Shown in pieces: positions 10,783 to 23,567 of a stretch of DNA of 64,000 nucleotides. A program made the position numbers and the translations under genes. The stretch is taken from the NCBI GenBank assembly GCA_964035545.1, contig OZ037769.1, positions 13,484,633-13,548,632 of the forward strand, written 5' to 3'. This DNA comes from Bugula neritina. Lineage: Eukaryota; Animalia; Bryozoa. Within the stretch, counting starts at the first letter, position 1; each line of letters opens with the position of its first letter. Below the pieces are notes generated by a model. That model searched no databases. It was not told the DNA's origin and saw nothing but the letters and a program-made list of their open reading frames with translations.

Positions 10783-11688
10783 ATGGCCCCATGGGACTCA
10801 GCCCCTGAGGCAGCAACACCACCAGCCCTCACTGTTGAGGCGCTGGTCACAGCCCTCCAGGGATTGCGGGGGCAAGGACAGGCATCACCTGGTGACAGGT
10901 ATCGCCTCCAGCCCCCGAATTTCGGAGGAGAAGGAGACGTAGAGCAATTCATCAGGGAGTTCCAGGATGTGGCCACCATCGCTGAATGGCCAGTACGGGT
11001 GCGCATCCTCCAACTTCGGGCCTGTCTGACAGGCCGGGCCAAGAGCTTCGCTCTTGGGCCTGATGAAGAGCACATCATGCGGGCTCTCAGAGCCCGGTTC
11101 GGCCTAACAGCCGAAGAAGCAGCTGATTGTTTGCAGATAATGAGGAGGGACCGGAGGACTCCCCTGGAAGACCACGCAAACGAGGTAGAGCGCCTGGCTC
11201 AGGCTGCTTTCGGTCACGCCACTGGCAATGACTGGAAGCGCCTCGTTTACAACGCGTTCTTCCGGAGCGTGAATCACCCGGACCTGCAGCCATACTGGCT
11301 GGCCGCCAAGGTCAACAGTATAGAAGAAGCGCTGGAAATGGGGAAGGCTTACTTCTAGGTGGAAGAGCCTAGGCGACCGAGCTATACAGCCCGCCAAGTG
11401 GTCGAAGAGCATGAGGAGACCACCCCACTTCCAACTCCACAGGTAGCAGCAGCTGCAACTAAATCACCCGAGCAGACGCAGCTCACCATGTTAATGGACA
11501 TGATGAAAGGCCTGCAGGCTACGGTGACGAAGTTGCAGAGCGAACAGGCGGATAGGCGGGCTCCCCGATCACGGGACAACCCTGTCCGCCCATCTCTGCT
11601 AACCTGTTGGGGGTGCGGGGCGCAAGGGCACGTGAGGAGGCACTGCCCTAGAGGCCAAGGGCCTTTAAACACCCAAGGCTCACGGTAA
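10783..11688 (+). pseudogene. gag: Gypsy 2 gag with CCHC zinc knuckle and premature TAG
   Basis: ORFs 10783..11358 and 11359..11688 are in the same frame, separated by TAG. Knuckle CWGCGAQGHVRRHC. Confidence 0.92.
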
Positions 11689-11708
11689 CTTCCGCCAACC
11701 GTGGGCCT
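11664..11708 (+). promoter_or_regulatory. -1 programmed ribosomal frameshift signal (U UUA AAC plus 11-bp stem)
   Basis: TTTAAAC at 11664-11670 in the gag frame, 5-nt spacer, stem AGGCTCACGGT/ACCGTGGGCCT with one G-U pair. The -1 frame is open into the protease ORF. Confidence 0.82.
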
Positions 11709-11792
11709 CACGCCAATCCCATCCGGGATAGGACTCGGAGAGGAGAAGAAGAGACCTCCACAGGGTCTGCCGATACCGAGTGGCAGAGGCCA

Positions 11793-11927
11793 CGGAGATC
11801 TCGGAGACCGCAAGGTCTACCCGATCCTCCGGCCGTGTCACTCGAGACCCGGATACAGCTAGAAGAAGCAGGATGGCAGGCACCTCGGAGATCTCGGAGA
11901 CCGCAAGGTCTACCCGATCCTCCGGCC
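11793..11927 (+). repeat. 42-bp direct repeat (11793-11834 and 11886-11927) in the gag-pol linker
   Basis: cggagatctcggagaccgcaaggtctacccgatcctccggcc twice, with a 93-bp period that preserves frame. Confidence 0.93.
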
Positions 11928-14900
11928 TGGCCACTCCAGAACCGGTTCGCGGGGTTGCCCGAGGAGGTTGTGGAGGAGGATTCAGCTTACTCGCAAGAGT
12001 ACCCCAAGCTACCCTTCCGACCTCAGAAAACCCCCGTTGTCTCTAAGACGAAGAGGAGGCCCGCTGTGCGGACCCAAGTTGTGTCTCCCCCAGAGACTGA
12101 CTGCTCCAGGAGCACCCAGCCGTATGGAAGCAGCTACTTCCTGCCCGGAAAGATTTCGGGTAAAGCTGCCACATTCCTACTGGATACTGGGTGCACTACC
12201 AACCTGCTGAGTAGGCGTCTCTTTGACACTCTTGGTGCACGAGAGCGGGCGAGCCTCGAGCCGTATGAAGGTGCGCATGGTACGTTGGCGGACGGATCAT
12301 GCATTCCTTTCTACGGCGTCATTTCACTACCTGGACGCGTCCGTGATCAAGCAATTCACGAGACGTTCATAGTCAGCCAGCTGAAGGAGGACGCCATCCT
12401 GGGAATGCCGTTTCTGGAGAAACACCAGTGTCACATGGATTTTCAGAAGTCAGTGGTGGTGATGGCTGGGAAGGAACTTGTCTGCGTCGACAAGTTCGGA
12501 AGGCCCTTGGTGGGCGGAGTCCAGGTAGTGCGGGACTGCACGGTTCCGGGGAGATCCCAGGCGACTCTTCGCTGCAGAGTCAACTGCAAGGGGATCGCCG
12601 GCCTGGGGGTGGTTGAGGGAACGCACGGAGCGATCCGACTAGCAAACAGCCTGAATCGGCTAGATTGTCGGCAGGAGCTCCTCGTGCAGTGCACCAACCC
12701 CTTCACGGAACCTGTCCGATTATCGGCTGGAGCGCTGGTGGGGAAGTACCACTCCATCCAGGAAGCGGATGTGGGTCTGGCACTGGAGACAGTGGCCGAC
12801 ACCCAGGGGAACCCCCCTCACACCAGACAAGGAGCAGTCCCGGAGCATATGGCTGACCTGTATGATGGAGCGTGTGGAAACTGTACAAGTAGTACTGAAC
12901 GCTAAGTACTGGCTCAACTACTTGCGGAGTACAGTGATGTCTTCAGTCGTGGCGATGGAGACATGGGGCTGACCAAGGTCATCTCCCACGAGATACCCCT
13001 GGCAGCCGGCACCACTCCCATCAGGCAGCCTACCCGGCGTCTAGGCCCGGAGAAGGAGGTGAGCCGACAGGTACAGGATCTTCTCGACCGGGATCTGATT
13101 GAGCCTGCCCACGGTGCGTGGAGCTCTCCAGTAGTCCTGGTCAAGAAGAAGGATGGTAGCTGGAGATTCTGCGTGGACTACCGCAGACTCAACAGCGTTA
13201 CCATCCAGGGCGCCTACCCTCTCCCACGGATAGATGAGTCTCTGGATGCCCTCGCGGGTAGCAAGTACTTCAGTACTTTGGATCTGCTTAGCGGGTACTG
13301 GCAAGTACCCCTCAGTCCTGATGCCCAGGACAAAGCAGCGTTCATCACCCGCGATGGGCTCTGGAAGTGGAAAGTACTGCCATTTAGACTAACGTCCGCT
13401 CCGGCAACTTTCCAACGGCTCATGGAGCAGGTCCTCAGTGGGTTACACTGGAAGACCCTACTCATCTATCTGGACGACGTCATTGTCATCTCCCCAGACT
13501 TCTCGACTCATGTCAGTCGTCTGCGGGAGGTCTTTGACCGTCTCCGGGCAGCTGGACTGAAGCTGAAGCCCTCCAAGTGTGCACTCCTGCAGCCGGAAGT
13601 CACGTACCTGGGCTATGTGGTTAGCCGTGATGGGGTCGCTACCGACCCGGAAAAGGTACAGGCTGTGAAGGAGTGGACTGTCCCCCGTGACCTCCCTGAG
13701 TTGCGCGCGTTCCTGGGCCTAGTAGGGTACTACCGGCAGTACATACCTGGCTTCACAGGAGTGGCTCAGCCGTTGAATCGGCTGACCGCAAAGGGGGTCC
13801 GGTGGCAGTGGACACAGGAGGAGCAGCAGGCATTCGACCACCTCAAGCAGCGGCTAATGGAGGCGCCAATTCTGGCGTATCCTGATCCAGCCCAAGAGTA
13901 CATCCTGGACACCGATGCCAGCGACCACAGCGTGGGAGCTGTCCTGTCTCAAGTCCAGTGTGGAAGTGAGGTAGTCGTGGCTTACTACAGCAAGACTCTC
14001 GCGGCCGCCGAAAAGAACTACTGCACCACTAGGAAGGAACTCCTAGCAGTAGTCAAGGCGGTCAAGCACTTTCGGCCATATCTGTATGGGAGAACGTTCC
14101 GTTTGCGAACAGACCATGCATCACTGATATGGCTGTGTAAACGTGCGGAGCCCTCGAGCCAGGTGGCTCGTTGGCTAAAGATTCTTGCCGAGTTCTCTTA
14201 CCGGATAGAGCACCGTGCTGGCCGGAAGCACGGGAACGCCGACGGCATGAGCCGCCGACCGGTAGAGAACTGTAAGCAATGCCTGCACATTGAGAAGCGG
14301 GACGGGGGACCCGCTCGCCTTGACGTGGAAACAGAGTTAGGGGAGGGCGCCGTCTATCGGTGGGAGCACGGCCATCTTCGGACCGAAACCCACTCTGACG
14401 ACGTCCAGGCGCTTCACGCCAACCCCACTCTGTACCAGAATGTCAAGGAGCTGTGCCGACTCCAGGAGACGCTACCCGGCGCGGGAGCGGACATTTTCCG
14501 GGCCAAGAAGGAGGGCCGACGACCTAGCGAGGAACAGCAGCGGCAGGGGGACGTTGAGTTCCAACTCCTCTGTCGTCGCTGGGATGCCCTCAAGGTCAGT
14601 CCTGATGGCCTCCTGATGATAACGTTAGCAGCAGACAACCGTCAGCAGGAGAGGGACCGCGTCGTCTGTCCACGCGCCCTCCGACGGGAACTGATCTGGG
14701 ACACCTATAAGCAGGCTCATTCTGGAGTCAGTCGGGTCATCAGGTGTCTGCGGCTGCGTTGGTATTGGCCCGGAATGACTTGGGACGTACGACTGCGGGT
14801 ACGGCAATGCGAGGTCTGCCAAGCTAGCAAGCATGGCCGCCCGACGGAAACCACTGGTCGACGCCGGCTATACGCTGGTCGACCGTGGCAAGTAGTGGCG

Positions 14901-16790
14901 GTAGACCTCGTTGGGCCTATGCCGTTATCCGCCAGAGGGAACACCTGGATACTGGTGCTCACGGACCACTTTACCCGGTGGGCAGATGCTCTGGCTATTC
15001 CGGACGCAACAGCCCCCACGGTGGCCCGGACCCTGGACCAACATGTATTCTGTTACCTCGGTTTACCCGAGCAGATACATACGGACCAGGGTGCCCAGTT
15101 CCAGTCCCAGCTCATGGGAGACCTCTGCCGGATATGGGGGGTGAACCAGTCGGACCACCCCATATCACCCGCAAGGGAACGGAGTCGTCGAGCGGAACAA
15201 CAGGATGTTGGGTGACGCCCTCAGGAGCCTGCTCCTTGGTCGAGGTCAGGAAGAATGGGACGTGGTGCTGCCGCAAATCATGCGGGCTTACCGCAGCACA
15301 CCACACTCCGCCACGCAGGAGACCCCAAACTTCCTGATGCTAGGCCGAGAGACGCGGGTTCCGGAACACCTGACATACCATGTTCCTGCCCCCGAGTCGC
15401 CGGTACACGAATATGTGGAGGGTCTGATAGACATCATGGGCAAAGCTCATGATGCACTGCGTACCCAGCAGTGGCAGACCCGCACAGAGGACTCGGACGA
15501 GCCCCCGTTGTACCAGGTGGGAGACTGGGTCTGGATGGTGAGCTATCGTAGGCGACGCGGACAGTCGGCTAAGCTTCAGCCCAAGTTCGTCGGTCCCTAC
15601 TGCGTGGTGGAGGTGCTGCCAAACCACACGTACCGTATGGAGCGCTCTGGACAGGTCTCAGTCCAGAGCGAGCAGCGCCTGAAGCCGTACCAGGCCAGCC
15701 CAGACGCGGTGGGTCAAGCCCCACCCCTCCTAGAGCCCCACCGCCAGCCCAGCCGTCGAGGACAGGCCACCCGCCCTCGAGAGGTGGATATTGTGGTCCC
15801 CAGAGAGGCGGACCAGGAGCAAACCGCCCTGCTGGAGCAGCTGGAGCGACAACAGAGAGAGGAGCGGGAACAAGAACGACAGCAAGCCCTAGGACCACCA
15901 CCCCTCCAGGGGGAGGACACCCTCACCCGTGTTACGGGTGAAGGCGGGGACCCCCCTTCAGCGGTAGCTGAGGAGCCACCGGCACCAGCAGCGCCTATAC
16001 AGTAGGAAAGGAGTCAGAGGGCCAGAAGGCCCCCCAGATATCTGGCGGACTACCACGTGGGACACATGGAGATGTCCCCACAGAGGAGTGGTACACCCAG
16101 TACGGGTAAAAACTCCGAGCCTCAGTTGCAGAACAGCCCTGGCAGTACAGGACTTCTCCAAAAGCAACTACCCCCAGACCAGCACAGTCACCTGGACAAC
16201 AGGTACCCAGCTCTTTCGGGTAATGTTGGCCGAGGTAGGTGGCGATACCCCATACCTATGACTGACTTGGACCCCCCTCCAGAAGAGGAAGATGAGGCCA
16301 CGACCCTACTACCCGCCCAGCTGATTGGAGATGGTGCTACCGCAGCCACCACCCAGCTTCTACGGGTAGCGTTGGCAAGACTGGGCAAGGAGCCTGGAGC
16401 ACCAGGCAGCCAGATATAAGAGAAGACCCAGCCGACCCACTCACAATTGCCCCGTCACGGGCAGAGTATGGCACTTCCTTACCGAGAGTGCGTCCTAGAT
16501 AGTGCAATCCAGGCCTGGTCTGGTACCCTTGACTGTTGTACAGAAGGGATAGAAAGCCTGGTGCACCACCTCAAATAACTGAACCGGACAATTGGGAGCC
16601 GCCAGCATTGGCCACCCGGACTGTATATATTACGGGTACTACTATCGTTTATATTATTGTGATACGTGTGATTAATCATAATACTTTCTGTTAATCGCAT
16701 ATTTTTCTACTTTTGTGTTTTATTTTTTTTGTTTTTGTTTGTTTTGTGTGGAATCATTGTTCTGTTATCGAAAAGGGGATGCTTTTTGAT

Positions 16791-16800
16791 GGGGGGAGAA
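16791..16800 (+). promoter_or_regulatory. Polypurine tract
   Basis: GGGGGGAGAA immediately before the 3' LTR. Confidence 0.9.
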
Positions 16801-17378
16801 TGTAATGGATTCTCATCCTCTATTGTTCTGAAATAACTGCGTGCATCAGTATACTATAAATACTGTTGCGTATCGTTCTTAATGCTGTAATTATAGTTAA
16901 GTAAGCTAGCTTGCTAATGCCTAAGTATGGTGATTACTGTTAAGCTTTCAGCATAATGTAATTTTACTGAAATACGCATTCTGAAGTTATGTAATATCTC
17001 TTTTACTAATGGTGCTTTTCTTTTACTAATGTTGCTTTCTTTTGTGTGTGTCCTTGGTTGCTGAGATCGGCATTTCGGTCTTCCGAAATGCTGATATGCC
17101 GAAAATCGACGTTTCGGCATTTCGGAGTCCCGAAGTGCCGATATTCGGCATTTCGGAACCCCGATCTCGGCAACAAAGGAATGTCTTTGTCTCGCTTGTA
17201 TATAAAAGCCAGCGAGTTCCAGTGTAGTTCAGAATACTACTGGAGCTCGCTGGTAGTAGGACCACATAAGCTGTATCTGATGCAAATAAAGTTATCTTTC
17301 ATTCGTACTCAAATACTTGGCTTATTCTCTCTAGAGCATGTAGGCACTAGTTGCATTCAAAACCCACAGTTTACTACA
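16801..17378 (+). repeat. 3' LTR of Gypsy 2
   Basis: 578-bp near-identical copy of the 5' LTR, followed by the ATAG TSD. Confidence 0.98.
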
Positions 17379-20300
17379 ATAGCAACTCATCACTTGTCTT
17401 GATACAACCCTATGCAGGTATTTCATTACATTGGTTATGCGTTCTCAGTAAATTTTGAAATTATAAGGTCTGATTTGATCAACTTGTATGGACTTTCCAA
17501 AGTGCTTAGTATATCAGCACCAGTAGGATTTGCACCTACAATACTTGGTTGCATCAAAGCAGAGTGATTTATCTTGAGTTTGACAGCAAGAAATATAGAG
17601 AAAGCATAACCAACACAAAGCAACTTGGTCAAATATGATAGATAGTAGACCTTTTAACTGATAAAGTTGAATCAGGCAACTCTATGCCTGCAACATGCAA
17701 ATACATTCCCTAATAGTCTGTTAAACAAGTCACCACTGTTAATTTTATGAAAGAATCTAGATAGGTCTGGTCAAGAGTAGTTTAGCCATTCATTAAGTTT
17801 CAGTAAAGAACATTACATCTCTGTAAGGCTATCATCCTTAATGTCACAATCCATTTTAAACTCTTCCCAATTCATTTCATCTGGGATGTAATCCTCATCT
17901 TTGAGGTCGTCACTCTCTCCTTGATCATCTTCTACAAACTAGTGAATTAACTGCAGCATGTGAGATTACATTCAATATAGCAACTAAAATACATACAGAG
18001 TTAACACTTAAACTAACATTAAATTGAAAAGCACGATATACAGCCTTCAATACACTTCTCATTTTAAAACTAATTATACCTCCACAGAGTCGGATGGCAA
18101 ATTTACTATCTCTTTATCTTGCCAATGTTCATCTAGATCAACAGGTGCATTGTCTACATTCTCAGTTTGGCAAGATACATCTCTTCTTTTAGGCCTAACC
18201 ATATATATTTCTGTCGATGTACCTGTTACAAACATGTTTAACGATAAAAAATGACACTAAATCATTTTAAAGAGGTAACTTCATATGATGTTGGCTAAAA
18301 AATTGTATTCTCACTTTTACAATGTTGATCTACACGATAATGAAAAGATGTCACACTAGATTTTCTTCTTCTTTTTGCTTTTAGCAATTTTCCTCTGTGT
18401 TCGTTATGACTTTTAAGAAGATTATCAACTTCTACTTGACTATTGAAAGGGGAGATAAAAAATACAGTCTGCAAATGACAAATTATATAAGAAAATAGTA
18501 TCCACTTCAACCATGTACTTATAAAAAATATACCAGGTGAGTTAGAACTCAATCAACAATAACAGCATTTGTATAAGGACACAGAAAAAAATTCTTTACT
18601 GAGATGAATGAGCTTTTTCGGCATCATTAACAAGTAACCGTCTCTCCCGAGTCTCCAGTGGCCATTTTGATTTTTTTCTAGGTGTTTGTGCATCATCAGC
18701 TTCCTGCTGTGATCGAAATCTTATGGAAGGAACGGCAACGTCCGTATCTAGTTGTAATTTATTCAGTGCATAATACAAATTATAGAAGTTCATTTGAAAA
18801 AATTGGAAAATTTTTCATGAGACATAAACGAAATAAAAAGAATGAGTTCTGATGAAGAGAATATTATTACACCCAATAGAATTGCTAGTATATATGAAAT
18901 ATAAACTATGCGTTTTATCAGAATTTGTATTATTTATGCTACGGAGTGAATACTGCCAAAGGTTATAAAGTCTACCAATCACATTTATAATGTTGTTAAT
19001 CCAACTTTAACTTAAAGTTGAAGTAATGAATCAATGTAGTAAGAACGTTATTGCTAAGCCTAATGCACGGCTGATATTTAATTTAATATAATAAATTATA
19101 CATATTGATATACTTTTACTTTTCCCAATAATAACTGTATCAAATTTATTTATCATAAATACTTTTATAATTATATTTAATATTAGTAATAATTGTGATC
19201 TCCCTAATAAGTAGTAACTAATATGATTACCACTACCACTAGTATTATAACTAAGTCTAATGTATTCATTATCATTACGATTACCATTAGTCATTAAAGT
19301 GATCAAGATTATTCAATAAATATAATTATAATTATTACAATGTTAATAAATATTAATATCAAAAATAAAATTAAATAAAATTGGTATAATTGTGATATTA
19401 ATTTCAATTTGCTATTAACTGTAAATTATAATTAATAATATTACAAGTATTAATTTATTATAATCAACTTTAAAACCTCGTATGAGTAATAAATATTAGT
19501 TGTTATAAATATAATTAAACTTAATATCAAAAATAAATTATTATAAATATTAATACTATTAATAATATTGAATATAATAGAATTAAATTGTAAATAATAT
19601 AATTAAATTTAATAGTAATACTTATATTTATAATTTATACTTATAGTAAATGTTATAGTTATATTATTATTATAATTAGTATTACTAATATTATTATTTA
19701 TTTATATTTATTGTCAATGTATTTTAGCTATACGATTACTTACATTTGATCGTGTTCCGTAACATAGCGGTATAAATTTAAAAAACAATTTTCAGTAAAA
19801 TGCTTGCAACATGAACATATTCTACTATTAGAATTCAACTTGAAATTAGCAACATCTGTTGCAACCCAAGTTGACCATGCCTTGTGCAAGTGTGGCTTTT
19901 TATCTTTATCAGGCCATTAAAAAGCTTGTTTGTGCTGTCACAATATGCGGCAGCACATATTCTTCGAGGCATTGTAATTCTAAAATTAAAGTAGCGTTGT
20001 AAAATTAAACCTGGGAAGTTTCTGAATCATCATGAGGCATGATTTGACCTTGACATCTGCATTCAAGTGCCTTTCACGCCAAGCCCCGAACTAATTTGTA
20101 AATTTTATGGTTTCTTTGCTTTTGCTTATTTTTTAAGAAAAAAGTTTCAAAGTAACTTTAATAAATAGTGAATTGTTGTCCACATTGAAGAAAATATCTG
20201 AGCTGATTTTCTAAATCTAGGAAACTACTAGAGGGTCACAATATTTTTTTAAAAAAATATTTATTTTCACGACGAGCTCTATATATTGATATAGAGAAGT

Positions 20301-21198
20301 AGAAGACAACTCTTCTTTGAGATTTTTCATGTGCCACGCACGTCAATATCAGTGCTATTATTAAATATATTTTAATTAATTTTTTTGGTATATTGAGTTG
20401 AGATTTTTCTTATATATTTTGTGAATGCTACTAAAAAAGTATGATCTTTTAATTAACAGTAATTGATTTTATCAAAATAACCTGGATGCCTCCGATGTTT
20501 AAGGCAATTTATATGAGTTGTATATAACTATTAGCTTAAAAAAAGAGGGTGTAACCTTTTTTAAGAAAACGATGGGCATTTCCCAAGATAATATATATTT
20601 CATTGTTTAGAAGCCACTTATATTCAAGAGTGAATGCTGGAATAACATCAAAAACACCCCCAACTATACATTTAAAAGTAACCAGCTAATTTGTAATTTC
20701 TTTAAGTAATTATTCAAAAACTATTGCATCACTCTCTATCAGAAATTTATTGAAAAACTTTTTTTCAGTACTGAAAACTATGTTTAGTGGTTTGTGACTG
20801 AAGCTTGATAGAATCTGAAGCAGTTGCAACAAGTAAACTAATACTTTCTATTCAGCCAATTATATAAGCTTTATAGAATTGCAAGCCATCTTTAATAAAA
20901 GACTTTGAACTACTCAAGTCTGCATGTACTTGAATCCGTATGACTTAAATTTAACTTTGATAAGAAGTCAGGTTGCAGCATTAGAATTTTGATTAGCATA
21001 ACTTATAGAAAAATATCAAAAATGGAATCCTTTTTTGTGAGTTTATGGCAGTTGTTAAACAAAATATAAATAAGCTAGACAGAATAAACAGAGCCTACTA
21101 GGTAGCAGCAAAGATTAAGTTTATTATAGATTTGACCTAAGACTGCAATACATTTTATAACTAAAACAGCTATAAAAGTGTCTTGACTATGCATATAT

Positions 21199-21733
21199 CA
21201 TGGGTGCTCAACCTTTTTTGGGAAAAGGTTGCAAAAATATTCTAAGTCACCAAAAAGGCCACTAGAAAGTTCAGTGTCAATTTCACTGTCAAAACCCTCC
21301 GCATATATCATTAATTAAAGCCTTTCTTTAAATATAATTTATATGTATTTATTTTGTTATAAAAAACAGATCCAGGAGAATAACTTGATTTGTTCAGGAA
21401 AGTAAGCATTTTTGTACATTGAACAGGGCACGGTATGGTGTGATAATTTTGTTTAATGCCCGATGCTGATATGTGAAGAATATCACCCAGATAGAAGTCT
21501 TTTAGCCTCAATCAAAATTTGCTTTTGGCATACCCCATTCAAGAGAATAACTGTTCACATCAATACATGCTAGCAGTCATGATTCTTAAAGTAAACTTGA
21601 GAATTAACGAAAAGCAAATTTCAGGAAGGATTGAAACTAAGCTAAATTTTTATTTTACCAAGAGACCAAAAGGCCAAATTCACCAGCTCAAAATTTTGCC
21701 AAAAGTCTAAAGGCCGCAGGTTGAGCACGGCTG
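21199..21733. mobile_element. Degenerate non-autonomous hAT-like element
   Basis: Imperfect TIRs CATGGGTGCTCAACC / GGTTGAGCACGGCTG, resembling CAGGGGT...-type hAT ends. The 8-bp flanks match at only 5 of 8 positions. Confidence 0.55.
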
Positions 21734-21974
21734 GGCCATATATAGTATAAAAATTTAGGACACACAATGTAATTTGAAAATAGTTACAAATTTTGCCAAG
21801 CTCCTTTTGAAATTAATTGAGAAATTAAATGAAAGTTTGATAAAAGCAGACAGTAACAATATGCAGAATGCAGATTTAGGTTAAACAATCCTACTTGTGT
21901 AAAAAATACATTGATTAGCAGCTAAATTTTTTTCTGTATAAATAGAAACATTACAAAATTTTAAAAGGTTCATT

Positions 21975-23481
21975 TTATTGTTGCAGCAATAGGATCAATG
22001 TTTCAAGATGAGTGGCTTTTTGTTGCAATTCTTCATTTTCCATTCTCAACTGGTCATGCTCAGCTTTGAGTGACACGGTCTCAATGGCAGCTTTATCATA
22101 TTCTTCTGCCAACTCCTGGCACTGTTTTTCTAACTTCAAGATTAACTCAGTTTGAGAAAAGCTTGTAGAATGGTTAGCTAATAAAATATATTATGTAAGG
22201 TAGTTTTGATAAATTAATTGCTTTTATTATACACTAAATGCTAATCTTAAGAATTAATATACTAACCAAACGGTAAGGATAAATATGTATAAGTACTTAC
22301 TAATTTAATTTAATTTATAAACTTAAAAGACATAATTTCAGCTCATCTGCTATCAAATGCATACACAATTATTTAACAGAAAGAACCCAAATCAGAAAAA
22401 TAAATAATACACTATCCAATACACAAACCAAAACTTGCGGTGTACCCCAAGAATCTGTGCTAGGTCCCACCTTATTTCTAATATATATCAACGACCTTTA
22501 CAAAACCTTGAAATATGTAACACCAATTTTATATGCTGACGACACTAACTTAATTTTAAAATCAAAAAATTTAAACAATAAATATGAGAAAATCTCTTCT
22601 GATCTTAAAAGACTATGTGAATGGTGCCAGATAAATAAGCCAACAATTATTTATGAAAAAACATCTTACATTATTTTTAAGAACTATCAAAATAAGTTCC
22701 AATTTGATTTAAAATTAACAATAAACAACAAACCAATAACAACAGTTGACGAAGTAAAATTTTTAGGTGTGATAATTGATAAAAATTTAAACTGGTCATC
22801 CCACATTCAGAAAATATTATTAAATCTTCGACCAAATTTTTGATTATGTTATACTATTCACTTAAACATTCCAGGCTGTGCTACTCTATAGAATCATGGG
22901 GGAATGCATCCAGGGTCCATCTTGATAGGGTGATACAATTTCAAAAGAAAATTGTCCGTATAATTCACCGCAAACCTTTTGGATACCATTCTAAAGACCT
23001 GTTTAGGAAATCAGACATTTTACTAGTTGACAAGTTGTACAAGTACAAACTGCTAATTAAAGCTCATAAAATCTACTACTCAGAAAGCTTTTTGACACAC
23101 TCTCACTATACTACTCGTCATCAGTTGCAATCTCTTCCTGTTCCATTTTATTCCTCATTTGCTGGTCAACGCACCTCCAATTTTGTAATATCTGCTCTGT
23201 GGAATAAGTTGCCTAAATTTTTAAAGATTATACAGCCACTTGGTAAATTTAAAACGAAATTGAGGCATCACCTCCACCCTGTTGAGTGATCTGTGGTGCC
23301 TTGTATGGTTATGCCAACATTGGGCCCGCGTACCACTAGCCATGCTATTTCGCACTGGGCCTCATCATCACTTCTGACAGCTCTATTTTTATATACTGTT
23401 ATTTGTTACTATGTTTCCTTTTTACTTATTTGTCGGCTCTTGTAACTTATGCTAGTTGTAAAACACTATATTATGATGAAC

Positions 23482-23567
<86 letters not shown>

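Larger units (their letters stand above)
11664..16419 (+). pseudogene. pol: Gypsy 2 pol with stops and a frameshift
   Basis: LLDTG, YLDD, DTDAS, TDH and integrase DDE/GPY motifs. TAA at 12903, frameshift at ~15150, and TAG at 16003 just before the RARRPPRYLADY tail motif. Confidence 0.95.
10155..17378 (+). mobile_element. Full-length Ty3/Gypsy LTR retrotransposon 2 (7224 bp) inserted in a transposase intron
   Basis: Two 578-bp LTRs (TGTAAT...ACTACA), ATAG TSD at 10151-10154 and 17379-17382, PBS, gag with CCHC, pol PR-RT-RH-IN, and PPT. Confidence 0.99.
6367..19972. mobile_element. Kolobok-superfamily DNA transposon (decayed, interrupted by Gypsy 2); termini not determined
   Basis: Convergent pair of a THAP-DDE transposase (minus) and a KolX/P2X7-ballast-like gene (plus), the known Kolobok organisation. 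Confidence 0.82.
7882..19972 (-). pseudogene. Kolobok-type DDE transposase with N-terminal THAP domain, multi-exon, inactivated
   Basis: Exon 19744-19972: MPRRICAAAYCDS..F/WP..W..ICSCCKHF (THAP, 1-nt frameshift). AVPSI box at ~18730. Acidic exon 17817-17938. Exon 9610-9958: KIIVSMSCL..CTCC. Catalytic motifs GDGRCDSPGHSA, TTDRH, HYFDTWH, TSELEAFH, HNEN. In-frame TGA at 8807-8809 in WIKSICNHLY*C. Confidence 0.85.

Noticed and set aside
11356-11358. TAG in gag as a programmed readthrough site
   Set aside because: It lies mid-gag, before the zinc knuckle, and a proper -1 frameshift signal exists downstream. A CAG-to-TAG mutation is more likely.
112-16700. Numerous overlapping or antisense ORFs across both Gypsy elements (e.g. 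741..1220, 3227..3577, 11382..11813, 14885..15337)
   Set aside because: Shadow ORFs of GC-rich gag/pol sequence with no recognisable motifs.
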